Part shown: positions 52,092 to 63,549 of the stretch, in pieces
How positions within the stretch are numbered: position 1 is the first letter of the stretch
Layout: every line of letters begins with the position of its first letter
Origin: Chlamydiales bacterium
GTDB taxonomy: Bacteria > Chlamydiota > Chlamydiia > Chlamydiales > JAAZZY01
Reading direction: 5' to 3'
Assembly (NCBI GenBank): GCA_965206695.1
Contig: CBDBKM010000011.1
Location: 1 to 64,000 of the forward strand
Length of the DNA: 64,000 nt
The notes under the pieces: generated by a model
Told to the model about the DNA's origin: nothing
Database searches by the model: none
Seen by the model: the letters and a program-made list of their open reading frames with translations, nothing else
Program-made: the position numbers and the translations under genes

Positions 52092-53243
52092 TACTGCTCG
52101 CAGCTGAATCAGAAAATTCATCTTGAAGGACAATTAATATGATTAATAATAATTTTTTGAAAAATTATCGTTAATTCTTTGACCTAATTGCTCTTTCATT
52201 TTTGGGATTTCTTCAAAAAAGAACGTTCGGATAGTGTCACTGAAGTCAATAAATTTCTCGTAGCACTTATTGTAAGTTTTTTTCTCCCTCATCACCTTCC
52301 GGAACCTCTCTATTGGATTCAAATGGGGCGAGTACGGAGACAGGTAATGGATTGTCATCTTTGATGTAATAAGAAATTCATTAATCTTTTTGTTTTTATT
52401 GGATCGACCATTATCACAAATAATCTGAATGGATTCTGCACCGGATGACTTTTCCAAATCTTTTAAAAAATTTATTACATTATCGGCATTTATCGTATCA
52501 TATTTTTGTGCAAAGACTTCCGTCTTAGCAGGCGATAAAGCTCCTACAAAATGCATTCTAAATTATTTGTTCGTAGTCGGGAGCGTTTGTATCTCTCCCT
52601 TCTTTATCCGGCCGGATACGGCTTGAGACCGGAATTCAGGATGCACTGCATCCAAAAAATACATTCTCCCGCCTTTTCCTAATGCAGCTTTCAAGCTCAT
52701 GTATGACTCTATAAAATCTTGTTGCCTTTGTGGATCTAACTTTCCCGGAACTTTCAAAGGCTCTTGTTAGGTAAACGCATGATCTTTGAGCCAAGAGGTT
52801 ATTCCGGATACTGAATAGATGATGTTATATCGTTCTTTGATGTATTTACAGATTTGTTTTGCATGAAAATAGGTGAATATTTGAAGGTGTTCCAACAACT
52901 TTTGCGTCCGTATTTTATTTAGCTTACCGGCGCTTCCGCCTTTAGGGGCGTGATTCGTTTTGTCAACGCTTCGTATTCCGTTAAATATCGATATACGGCT
53001 GCTATAGCTATTCGATGAGCTTGAGTGATTGATTCGGGAGGCATTCCTTCGCTTCTTGCTAAAATCACACATAAACGTAATCATTCATGTATATTACGAG
53101 TGTTTCTTGCGCGATTCTCAAGGTTAGATTTTTCTTTTGGTAAAAGTTGTATTTATGATGTAGATCAAAATTTAAAAAAGTAAGGTTACTCAATCACTAA
53201 CTAATTTTTCCACACAATTTCTCTGATTCAGCTGCGAGCACTA
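52092..53243 (-). mobile_element. IS630-family element B, copy 1 (decayed)
   Basis: TIR TACTGCTCGCAGCTGAATCAG / CTGATTCAGCTGCGAGCACTA, TA flanks; FLDAVHP, CDNGR, PYSP.LNPIER. Confidence 0.9.
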
Positions 53244-53282
53244 TATACATATTAATATAAAGGAATCTTGAATCTTCAACAG

Positions 53283-53309
53283 AAGGCCTTAAAGCAGTTT
53301 TTAAGGCCT
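53283..53309. terminator. Stem-loop downstream of the patatin gene
   Basis: AAGGCCTTAAA-gcagt-TTTAAGGCCTT. It may instead be part of the tnpB 3' RNA remnant. Confidence 0.4.
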
Positions 53310-53356
53310 TTAATGTGTCCTACTATGGTTATATTAAATACAACGGATTTGCCACC

Positions 53357-54400
53357 CTATTGTAAGGCTAAATTTATGGGGTATTGATATATATAATTCT
53401 GTTCAATATTAGTGTTTACCCAATTACAAAGATCTATCCATTCCTTATGATTATTAGCAATAAACGCTGTAGTAAAATTAATAAGATCGTTTATGCGTTC
53501 ATAATCATCTAAAGCAATATCTTCCGACAACTCAAGAGTGACTCTTTTATACCTATCACCAAGTATAATAGAACATATTTGGTCAGATAACTGATATTGG
53601 AGATCCATAGAGATACTCAACAAAGGTAAATGTGGGCCGGATTCTCCACCGGATAAAAGCCATTGATAATCCCCCCAATCTTCATCACCTTTAATAAACT
53701 CCCGATTATAACCACTTCCTAATGAAAGCAAATAGAAATCATCTAACTTCTTTTCTCTTCCACCATATGCCAATGCAAGAGCCCCAATAGAGGGGTTTGG
53801 CATTCCTATACCACCATCAATACAACCATTATAAGACTTAAAGTAGGTCGGTGCCGCTGTTGTCTCTAATAAAGCATCTATAACTTGAACCCCTGCACAA
53901 TTATTAGTAATATTTTCTCTAAAAGCAATGCGCCACCGCTTGACTTCTTTATTATATAATTCTACAACCGGAATCACAACTTTTCTAGGTAAATCAGATA
54001 ATAACACACTCTTTGAATAACCTGCTGAAGCTAAAATTTTTTCAATATTATATCTCAACTTTTCAGCATCATATTTAGCGCTAAATAAACCTATTGATGG
54101 CTCACTAAAAACATCAGCACTTAATGCTTTATAATATTCCATGATTTTTTCTAATTCAATTCCACAAGCTAAAAAAACAGCAATAATAGCTCCCGTAGAT
54201 GTTCCGGTAAAGACATCAAAATCATTATAACAATTCAAAGATGAGTCTTTTTCTAATACTTCTAAAAATTCAAGTGCCACTACACCACGAACACCCCCTC
54301 CATCGATAGATAAAATGCGCGTTTTATCTTTAGGGACAGCTTCAGAATAAACAGAAGAAAAAAGAAATAAAAAAAATAATACTCTAAAAAACATATTCAC
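53357..54400 (-). CDS. Patatin-like phospholipase with signal peptide
   Basis: DGGGVRG, GTSTG nucleophile, AAPTYF, DGG; hydrophobic N-terminal signal. Confidence 0.92.
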   Translation of the reverse strand: MNMFFRVLFFLFLFSSVYSEAVPKDKTRILSIDGGGVRGVVALEFLEVLEKDSSLNCYNDFDVFTGTSTGAIIAVFLACGIELEKIMEYYKALSADVFSEPSIGLFSAKYDAEKLRYNIEKILASAGYSKSVLLSDLPRKVVIPVVELYNKEVKRWRIAFRENITNNCAGVQVIDALLETTAAPTYFKSYNGCIDGGIGMPNPSIGALALAYGGREKKLDDFYLLSLGSGYNREFIKGDEDWGDYQWLLSGGESGPHLPLLSISMDLQYQLSDQICSIILGDRYKRVTLELSEDIALDDYERINDLINFTTAFIANNHKEWIDLCNWVNTNIEQNYIYQYPINLALQ

Positions 54401-54478
54401 ACTCTTTGATATTTTAAGAATCCAATACTATATGTACTATACACTTTTTTTAAAAATCAATTTAAGAAATTTCTTTAT

Positions 54479-54551
54479 GACACTCAAGCGAGAAAACCCT
54501 TTGCTGTAGCGTTGGGATGATAGCGTCTACTTGTTTTTTTGATTTTGTATA
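54479..54551 (+). mobile_element. IS200/IS605-type left end preceded by TTTAT
   Basis: Matches the reverse complement of 3945-3992 and of 56622-56699. Confidence 0.7.
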
Positions 54552-56621
54552 TACTGCCCGCAGCTGAATCAGAAAATTCATCTTATAGTATTTTAATTTT
54601 TATTTGATAATATGTTATCCTTCTTTTTTTATACAAACAGTAAGGACAAAACAATGCCTAGAGCCTATTCAGTAGATCTTCGAGAGAAAGTATTACAACA
54701 TATAGAAAAACATCATGATAAAAAAACAGCCGGCCATATTTTTCAAGTAGGTATCGCAACAATATATCGATGGATCTTGCAAAAAAAGCAAAAAGGACAT
54801 TTAAAGCCAATCCGCAGAAAATATGCTTATAAGAAATTAGATGATGAGTTGTTATCTAAATATGTAGAAAAACATCCGGATTATTTTTTATCGGAAATTG
54901 CTGATTATTTTTCAGTCACTCCGCAAACGATTTTTTATGCCCTTAAAAGATTAAAAATTACACGAAAAAAAAAAACTACTCGCTATAAGGAAAGAGATGA
55001 AAAGAAACGGGAAGCTTTTATGAAAGATTTAAAAAATATTCCCTTTGACAAGAGAATTTATCTCGATGAAACCGGGATTCATCAATTTTTATTTCGTGAG
55101 TCCGGAAGAAGCTTACGCGGCAAAAAAGTTTTTGGAGCGGTTTCAGGAAACCGCTTTATAAGGCAAAATATTATTTCAGCCCTATCTAAAGGGCAGTTTT
55201 TATCTCCAATGTGTTTTGAAGGTACTTGTAATACCGGGTTATTCAATATTTGGCTTAAGGAAGTTTTGACTCCTCAGCTTACACCCGGTAGTGTTCTTAT
55301 TCTTGACAATGCCGGTTTTCACAAGTCAGCGGAAAGCAGGAAAACAGTAGAATCTGCCGGTTGTAAGCTTATGTTTCTTCCTCCCTATTCTCCGGACTTA
55401 AATCCTATAGAAAAATATTGGGCTAATATGAAAAATAAAGTTAGAGAGATATTACGAAAAGTTACGAATTTTAAATTCGCCATTGATCAAGCAATCTTAT
55501 CAATGTAAAATTAAATGACTATAAAGGACAATTAATATGATTAATAATAATTTTTTGACCTAATTGCTCTTTCATTTTTGGGATTTCTTCAAAAAAGAAC
55601 GTTCGGATAGTGTCACTGAAGTCAATAAATTTCTCGTAGCACTTATTGTAAGTTTTTTTCTCCCTCATCACCTTCCGGAACCTCTCTATTGGATTCAAAT
55701 TGGGTGAATATGGAGGCAAGTAATGGATTGTCATCTTTGATGTAATAAGAAATTCATTAATCTTTTTGTTTTTATTGGATCGGCCATTATCACAAATAAT
55801 CTGAATGGATTCAGCATCGGATGACTGTTCCAAATTTTTTTAAAAATTTATTACATTATCGGCATTTATCGTATCATATTCTTGCGCAAAGACTTCAATC
55901 TTAGCAGGCGATAAAGCCCCTAGAAAATGCATTCTAAATTGTTTGTTCGTAGTCGGGAGCGTTTGTATCTCTTCCTTCTTTATCCGGCCGGATACGGCTT
56001 GAGACCGGAATTCAGGATGCACAGCATCCAAAAAATAAATCTTCTCGCCTTTTCCTAATGCAGCTTTCAAGCTCATGTATGACTCTATAAAATCTTGTTG
56101 CCTTTGTGGATCTAACTTTCCCGGAACTTTCAAAGGCTCTTGTTAGGTAAACGCATGATCTTTGAGCCAAGGGGTTATTCCGGATACTGAATAGATGATG
56201 TTATATCGTTCTTTGATGTACTTATAGATTTGTTTTGCATGAAAATAGGTGAATATTTGAAGGTGTTCCAACAACTTTTGCGTCCGTATTTTATTTAGTT
56301 TACCGGCGCTTCCGCCTTTAGGGGCGTGATTCGTTTTTGTCAACTCTTCGTATTCCGTCAAATATCGATATACGCTTGCTATAGCTATTCGATGAGCTTG
56401 AGCGATTGACTTGGGAGACATTCCTTCGCTTCTTGCTAAAATCACACATAAACGTAATCGTTCATGTATATTACGAGTGTTTCTTGCGCGATTCTCAAGG
56501 TTAGATTTTTCTTTTGGTGAAAGGTGCATTTTATGATGTAGATCAAAATTTAAAGAAGTAAGGTTACTCTATCACTAACTAATTTTTTAACAACATTCCT
56601 CTGATTCAGCTACGAGCAGTA
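54552..56621 (-). mobile_element. IS630-family element B, copy 2 (decayed), hosting IS630-A copy 3
   Basis: TIR TACTGCCCGCAGCTGAATCAG / CTGATTCAGCTACGAGCAGTA; homologous to 52092-53243. Confidence 0.9.
54586..55521 (+). mobile_element. IS630-family element A, copy 3 (A11: single in-frame transposase ORF 54612-55508)
   Basis: 936 bp versus 935 bp for the other copies; 11 A at 54965-54975. Confidence 0.95.
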
Positions 56622-56694
56622 TATACAAAATCAAAAAAACAAGTAGACGCTATCATTCCAATGCTACAGCAAAGGGTTTTCTCGCTTAATTGTC
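56622..56694 (-). mobile_element. IS200/IS605-type left end preceded by TTTAT (inverted partner of 54479-54551)
   Basis: About 4 mismatches over ~78 bp to the reverse complement of 54474-54551. Confidence 0.7.
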
Positions 56695-56727
56695 ATAAAA
56701 TAGAGATTTTTCAATAATAAAGGATTT

Positions 56728-59700
56728 CTATTCCTTTTCATCATTATTTTCAACTGCTTCACTAATATCTGAGATGACTCCTTGATCCATTGCCGAACCA
56801 CCAACTTGCGCCGAATCCGCTATAAAAGGTGGTACAGGTACAAAAATAGTTGAGGTATCAATAGGTTTCGGAGAAAAGTTTAAAGGATCGTTAGCAAACA
56901 ATAGACTGTTTTTAAAGCTTTGCAATCGGTTCGCTCCAAATTGAAAAGCCAGATTATAAGGAGTATTACCGGTACCTACAGTTGCCGTTGGAACAGGTAA
57001 ATTCATATTTCTACCTGCTATAATATGGTTAGCATGGTTAGTGTATAACTCGCCATTGGATGCAAGAATTTGATAAGGAGGATGCAATTGCGGCGCATAA
57101 TTTAAAGCACTAATTGAAACTGAACCTCCGGCTACGGTATCGATGGCAGAATAAGTTTGAGCTGCCCCCATTGTAATACTTAAATCACCAATAGAGGTAA
57201 TAGAATCGAATGGACCAAACTGAAGCATATCGCATACAATAGTTAGATTAGCACCATTAGGGTTACCATAAATTGTGGCAATACTTTGAAAATTCGTTCT
57301 TAAGTTACCAAGAGGTTGTAATTGCACGGTTGCATTAGCTCCTAAAGTAGCTCCGGTTCCTCCTCTAGCAATAATACTATCAAAAATCCCTATCCTTCCA
57401 ACAGGAAAATCTCCTTGAGCAAAACCGAGCCCGGTCGCGCCATTTGGCGTTAGTGTAACGACTCCGGCAGCTCCTCCGGTAGTTGCCCCTCCACCTGTTG
57501 CATTACCACCGGATGTGTCAATTTTATTTACTATAATCGAAGCAGTATTAGACTGTAGATAAATAGGTCCACCGGCAGCTCCTGTTCCCCCGGCATTGGT
57601 GGTATCACCACCTATAGTTAAAATATCGCCTGTAAATTTCACTTCTCCGACGAAAGGCAAAAAGCGTACCACCCCTCCCATAGTACCCGGAGTTCCGGCA
57701 GTACCCGATGTAGTAATAGAGTTCAATAAAGCATCACCTGCACCTGTTACTTGAGCGACAGTGAATTGTGCAACATTGATATTGCCTTTACTTATCAGAG
57801 TATTGACATCCAGAATGTTTATAGTAACTAAACGATTATTACCCACACTTTCTCTAATAATACTTTTATTGAAGTTGATCGCACCATCTGCATTGGTAAG
57901 AGTGAATGCTCTCGTTGCATTATTATCAGGTTCAATGGTCCCATGGAAAGTAATCGCGCCTCCGCCGGTCTCGGTTAAAGAAACATTTGTACTAATAATC
58001 AAATTATTATTAAAAATCATGGTACTACCATTAGTTGATATATCTGCACCAAGATCAATCTTGCCTCCTGAAAAACTTACGGATCTTAAAGGTGTAGGGA
58101 TTCCAATATTCGCAGCAATCGTTACATCTCCTGTTCCGGCATTCGCCACTAAGCTCCCGGCTCCTGTTACTGCAGCATTCAACTGAATAGCAGCTCCTGC
58201 ACTCCCATTAACCGTATTAAGATTTAAAGCAGCACCTGTTGGAATCGTAATAGCATTTAGTGCCAAAATCCGACCATCTGTTTGAATAGTACCTTGTGCT
58301 GTTATCATATTTGCAAATGTGATCGTAGGAGTTTGAAAGAAAGAAAGTGTCGCAGTATTAGCAGTATTAAAAATAGAGCCTGCTACCGGAGAATTTGTTA
58401 AAACAGGAGTCGTAAAACTCCCTCCTGAATTAATAGTAACGATACTAGCGGCATTCGTTCCATAATCAATCGATGTACCTGCAGTTATATTGACAGTATC
58501 AAAAACTAAAGGTACAGCGGCTCCTCCTGCATTAAAATCGGCAGTTGTTGTTATATTACATGTAAAGTTATCAACTGCAAATGTTTGAGCCGTCGTTAAA
58601 CTAAATTGGTTAGCTGTTATATTCATGTTGGTTATATCAACATTACTCCCACCAAAAGTAGTATTAGCCGTACCTGTATTAATCGTTAAGCCACCAACTG
58701 TTGTTGGCGACAACTCAGTTATAGAATTATTAATAACAAGAGCATTATTGGTGGTATTCAATGACCCGTTTCCGTTTAAAACTATCTGATCCAGTGTAAG
58801 CGGGCAAATAGTCATGATCAAGCCTCTAGGTCTTACGATTGTTCCCGTATTAGCAGTAATGCTACCCGTAGTAGCAAAAACAATACTACTTGAATCATTC
58901 CGGCCTAAATTAACCGTTAAAATACCGGTACCTTGTCTATTAAAGTTTATATTTGATGTGATGTTACTCGATCCATATAAATTTAATGTCGCATTATCAT
59001 TATTTGGTGTTGTAAATGAGAGTGCTTGATTACCACTTAAGGTCTCCGTAATAGTGAAGGGCTGACTATTCGGTAGTTCTATCGTTGGTAAGTTGGCAGT
59101 GAAATTTGTTATGCTGCTTGCATTAGACGAGGATATTAGCCACCGGCCATCAGTTGTGATAACTAAGTTGGCTAAAGGACCCACAGCGCCCGTACCTCTA
59201 TTAATTAAATTATTACCAAAAGCTCCTAAATCAATAGTTAATGTCGAAGGCGTTGTTTCCCTAAAAGTTTCAATACTCATATTTCCGGCAGCAGTCATAG
59301 TAATAGTGGAATTCCCTGCCACACTCAATGTGCCAAATTCAATAGCCCCTCCACAACTAAGGTTACCGTTTAATGTAATATTACCTGCCATAGTGCTACT
59401 ATCAAAACTACCAAATGTAAAAGTAGAAGTAGGACCGCTACCTAAAACAACATTTATAGAAGCTGCAGGATCTACATTATTCGTTATTGTCCCGGAACCT
59501 AATAATTGGGTATTAGCACTAAGCGAAGTAATGCCCGTTGTGGTGGATGTTAACGTTCCGGATATCACTGAGTTTGCTTTGATATTATATCCAATCGCTC
59601 CTTGTAAAGTTAGATTTCTTGCTATTATCGTATCTCCTAAAGAAAATAGACCCGTACCTGTAACAGTCATATCTCTGAGAGTAGCACTATTTATCCCGAC

Positions 59701-61839
59701 CTGCCCACTAAGTATTAAATCAAAGCTTGCTCCCGTAACGGCTCCCCAAGAACCGGAGGAAAGACCCACTGATGTATTTAAAGTCGTGTTACCTAACAGA
59801 GTGGTCGTTGCTACATTCACATCAGCCATATTTTGAGCATGCGTACCCGTTATACTTCCATTAATTCGAATGTTTGCACCGGTAGGGGTACCCCCATTAA
59901 TCTTTAAATAGGCAAACGTCAATGCTGCAGGAATTGCAGCCGTTCCAACATTGATATTAGTAATATTGAAAAAACCCGGCCCAATTGTATTTTGCGTTGA
60001 AGTCGCATTACCTAAAAATGTTACCGTTGTATTAACCGTTTGAGTCGCATCCCCATTGAAAATTAAAGCATTTGCTGCTAAGGTACTATTAAATGTGCTA
60101 TTACCATTGGCAGCAAACGTTCCCAGAGAGCTCACAGCTTCTGAAAAAGTAGCTATGGGAAATGTTGCATTAGCCGCTGCTTGTGCAATGGTGAGATCAG
60201 GCATTCCTACCCCGGTAACTGCTGTGCTAAAAACAGCCGTTCCCGCAACACCGCTTCTTTCATGTAATGTAAAAGTGATGTCGTCATTTAGGGTCGTCGT
60301 ACCGCCTGTTCCGGTGTTAATCGTTAGGGTATGCACATCAACTGTTCCGGCAGCTACAAAATTAAAAGCTACAGCGCCCGCATCTGCTGTTTGGAGAGTA
60401 ACAGCACAAGCTCTTAGATCAAAATTTTGACTGATATTAACTTGAGTGCCGCCATAAAAAAAAGCATTAAAAGCCAGAGGATTTAAAATAGCTGCAGTAA
60501 TATTTAAATCAGCCGTACAAGCGACTATTAAATTAGTACCGTTAAATGAATTTATCAATGCCACAGGTAAGTTAACAGTTCCACCTGCAACAGGAGGAAA
60601 AGTGTTAACCTCTGCTAATGTACCTGTTCCGCCCGCTGCTATATTAATGGTAGTCGGATCTAACAGCCAGGTACCACCAAAGCCATTAATAGCTCCTACG
60701 TCTACATCACCAAAATGCGTTGTTAATTGCCCTTTACCGGAGGTCTCTATAAAACCGCCGTCACCGGCAAGTTGTCCTCCTGTAGCTTGAATCAATCCGT
60801 TGAAAAAAGTATGTTCTTCTGACCATAGGATAATTCTACCACCATCACCATGATTATAAGCATTTGCTCTGACAACAGTATCGCTATCTACTAAAGTCCT
60901 TGTCGCATTAAAAACACTATTTTCACCTTTATAGTCGCCACCACAAAGAATAACCCCTCCACCGGCATCACCACTTGCGTCGATTACAGCTCCGACAACG
61001 CGAAGTTCTTCAGCATATAATTGAATAGAGCCTCCTTGAGCTCCCGGAGTGGCATTCGATACATCAACGACTCCGCCTATTTCAGCAATAGCGTCTGATG
61101 CAAAGACAATACAATCTTCTGATCGGATCCTTCCTTTATTTTCAATAGCCAAAGATAGAAGATCCGATGATCCAATCACACCGTCTTGATTTACAAACTC
61201 TTCTGATGAAGGATTGTGATTTTCTAAAATTAAGAAAACATGGCCACCTGCTTGACCTATTAAAAGATTGCCATCATTTGTTGTAAAAGCACTTACCCCT
61301 TTTCCGGCTACAATCTCACCAAAATTAGCGATATGTTTTCCGATTAAATGAACGAATGTATCAGATAAAATCGCTCCTTGATTGATAATATCACCATTCA
61401 TATCTGTAAAACGATCAATGCTTTGTAAAAAATCTTGATCAGATATTTTTGCAGCCGCAGCAAAAATAGCACCCACATCAATAATAGCATTGTCAGAAAA
61501 AATAATCCCACAAGGGTTTACCAAATATACGATTCCATTTGCATGCAATAACCCATCAATATGTGTAGGCATTGCAGATTCAATACGATTGAGTACTTTT
61601 GATTGAGCATCCGGCTGAACAAAATGAACCGACTCATTCGATGCTATATCAAAACTCTCAAAATGAATGACACTATTATGAGATGCTTGAATTGTCGTAT
61701 TTATCCCCTCTTGTACAATAACAACATCACCATGCATAACCTGTGGTAATTGAGGAGAAGCGTGACAATAACTCACATAACTCAAAGTAATTATAATGAA
61801 AAATTTAAACCCTTTCATGATTGGCTCACCTAAAATCAT
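56728..61839 (-). CDS. Intact filamentous haemagglutinin / TpsA-family adhesin (1703 aa; likely start ATG 61818)
   Basis: Signal peptide; VIHFESFDI…VLNRI…IDGLLHANGIVYLVNPCGIIF; GGRIILWS…GGFIETSG…GTWLLDP; beta-helix repeats; paralogous to 4062-9504. Confidence 0.9.
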   Translation of the reverse strand: MILGEPIMKGFKFFIIITLSYVSYCHASPQLPQVMHGDVVIVQEGINTTIQASHNSVIHFESFDIASNESVHFVQPDAQSKVLNRIESAMPTHIDGLLHANGIVYLVNPCGIIFSDNAIIDVGAIFAAAAKISDQDFLQSIDRFTDMNGDIINQGAILSDTFVHLIGKHIANFGEIVAGKGVSAFTTNDGNLLIGQAGGHVFLILENHNPSSEEFVNQDGVIGSSDLLSLAIENKGRIRSEDCIVFASDAIAEIGGVVDVSNATPGAQGGSIQLYAEELRVVGAVIDASGDAGGGVILCGGDYKGENSVFNATRTLVDSDTVVRANAYNHGDGGRIILWSEEHTFFNGLIQATGGQLAGDGGFIETSGKGQLTTHFGDVDVGAINGFGGTWLLDPTTINIAAGGTGTLAEVNTFPPVAGGTVNLPVALINSFNGTNLIVACTADLNITAAILNPLAFNAFFYGGTQVNISQNFDLRACAVTLQTADAGAVAFNFVAAGTVDVHTLTINTGTGGTTTLNDDITFTLHERSGVAGTAVFSTAVTGVGMPDLTIAQAAANATFPIATFSEAVSSLGTFAANGNSTFNSTLAANALIFNGDATQTVNTTVTFLGNATSTQNTIGPGFFNITNINVGTAAIPAALTFAYLKINGGTPTGANIRINGSITGTHAQNMADVNVATTTLLGNTTLNTSVGLSSGSWGAVTGASFDLILSGQVGINSATLRDMTVTGTGLFSLGDTIIARNLTLQGAIGYNIKANSVISGTLTSTTTGITSLSANTQLLGSGTITNNVDPAASINVVLGSGPTSTFTFGSFDSSTMAGNITLNGNLSCGGAIEFGTLSVAGNSTITMTAAGNMSIETFRETTPSTLTIDLGAFGNNLINRGTGAVGPLANLVITTDGRWLISSSNASSITNFTANLPTIELPNSQPFTITETLSGNQALSFTTPNNDNATLNLYGSSNITSNINFNRQGTGILTVNLGRNDSSSIVFATTGSITANTGTIVRPRGLIMTICPLTLDQIVLNGNGSLNTTNNALVINNSITELSPTTVGGLTINTGTANTTFGGSNVDITNMNITANQFSLTTAQTFAVDNFTCNITTTADFNAGGAAVPLVFDTVNITAGTSIDYGTNAASIVTINSGGSFTTPVLTNSPVAGSIFNTANTATLSFFQTPTITFANMITAQGTIQTDGRILALNAITIPTGAALNLNTVNGSAGAAIQLNAAVTGAGSLVANAGTGDVTIAANIGIPTPLRSVSFSGGKIDLGADISTNGSTMIFNNNLIISTNVSLTETGGGAITFHGTIEPDNNATRAFTLTNADGAINFNKSIIRESVGNNRLVTINILDVNTLISKGNINVAQFTVAQVTGAGDALLNSITTSGTAGTPGTMGGVVRFLPFVGEVKFTGDILTIGGDTTNAGGTGAAGGPIYLQSNTASIIVNKIDTSGGNATGGGATTGGAAGVVTLTPNGATGLGFAQGDFPVGRIGIFDSIIARGGTGATLGANATVQLQPLGNLRTNFQSIATIYGNPNGANLTIVCDMLQFGPFDSITSIGDLSITMGAAQTYSAIDTVAGGSVSISALNYAPQLHPPYQILASNGELYTNHANHIIAGRNMNLPVPTATVGTGNTPYNLAFQFGANRLQSFKNSLLFANDPLNFSPKPIDTSTIFVPVPPFIADSAQVGGSAMDQGVISDISEAVENNDEKE

Positions 61840-62123
61840 ATGATACGAAATTACAATACAACTTATTCCGGATCTTATAGAGACGCTTTTTTTAAAAAAA
61901 GGATTTTAATGATTTTAGAAAAAAAGATTAGATGATTTTATTTCGATATAACATCAATTACTCTCTAAAATAGTCAATATAATAGGATCTTTTTCAGAAA
62001 TTATTTTTTCATTTTGATTAAGAGTGCTGCACGACTAATGATTGGATATGAGATAAGCGAAATACAAGAGAAGTGAGTAATAAGAATGTTAAACTAAGCG
62101 TTTAAAAGTAAGAAAAGAGAGAT

Positions 62124-63483
62124 TTAAAATAAATATTTGATAGATAATGATGCGTCCTCCCTCCGGTTCATCACAATCCTTCTTAAGGCCTTGTTCAAAT
62201 TAAAGCACAAAGCTTTCATATAAAGTTGTCCTTCGACTTTTAATCGATAAAAATAAGAAGCTCTACCTATACAAAATTTTCTTTTTAAAGTACCGAAAGC
62301 TTGCTCTATAGTCATTTAATTTTACATTGATAAGATTGCTTGATCAATGGCGAATTTAAAATTCGTAACTTTTCGTAATATCTCTCTAACTTTATTTTTC
62401 ATATTAGCCCAATATTTTTCTATAGGATTTAAGTCCGGAGAATATGGGGGAAGAAACATAAGCTTACAACCGGCAGATTCTACTGTTTTCCTGCTTTCCG
62501 CTGACTTGTGAAAACCGGCATTGTCAAGAATAAGAACACTACCGGGTGTAAGCTGAGGAGTCAAAACTTCCTTAAGCCAAATATTGAATAACCCGGTATT
62601 ACAAGTACCTTCAAAACACATTGGAGACAAAAACTGCCCTTTAGATAGGGCTGAAATAATATTTTGCCTTATAAAGCGGTTTCCTGAAACCGCTCCAAAA
62701 ACTTTTTTGCCGCGTAAGCTTCTTCCGGACTCACGAAATAAAAATTGATGAATCCCGGTTTCATCGAGATAAATTCTCTTGTCAAAGGGAATATTTTTTA
62801 AATCTTTCATAAAAGCTTCCCGTTTCTTTTCATCTCTTTCCTTATAGCGAGTAGTTTTTTTTTTCGTGTAATTTTTAATCTTTTAAGGGCATAAAAAATC
62901 GTTTGCGGAGTGACTGAAAAATAATCAGCAATTTCCGATAAAAAATAATCCGGATGTTTTTCTACATATTTAGATAACAACTCATCATCTAATTTCTTAT
63001 AAGCATATTTTCTGCGGATTGGCTTTAAATGTCCTTTTTGCTTTTTTTGCAAGATCCATCGATATATTGTTGCGATACCTACTTGAAAAATATGGCCGGC
63101 TGTTTTTTTATCATGATGTTTTTCTATATGTTGTAATACTTTCTCTCGGAGATCTACTGAATAGGCTCTAGGCATTGTTTTGTCCTTATTGTTTGTATAA
63201 AAAAAGAAGGATAACATATTATCAAATAAAAATTAAAGTACTATATATGAAATCGTCTTCTCGCAATTATTTTATTAAATAGACGTTGACTCCATTTTAA
63301 AGGATGACCCTTAACCGCTTGATGAGAAAGACCGTCTCGAATAGCGTGCTTTCTTAAATGAGAGCAGTTATCTGATGATGAGAAACCCTTATCGGTCAAT
63401 AAACGTTTACCGTGAGTATAACTTATGATCTGTGGCAATTGGGTTACCTCAGATTCATTCGCCGGTCTGAGGTATATACACAT
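62124..63483 (-). mobile_element. IS5-family transposase C-terminal remnant, split by IS630-A copy 4
   Basis: PANESE…LTDKGFSS…FNKIIARRRFHI|EQAFGTLKRKF…RASYF…KALCFNLNKA rejoins across the TA target. Confidence 0.8.
62309..63243 (-). mobile_element. IS630-family element A, copy 4 (A10)
   Basis: Near-identical reverse complement of copies 1-3; TA duplication. Confidence 0.95.
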
Positions 63484-63549
63484 TTAAGCTGAAGAGTTGA
63501 TAATTTGGTGCGGTTTTATAAGTCGAAAATTATCCTTAATCCGTTTTTT

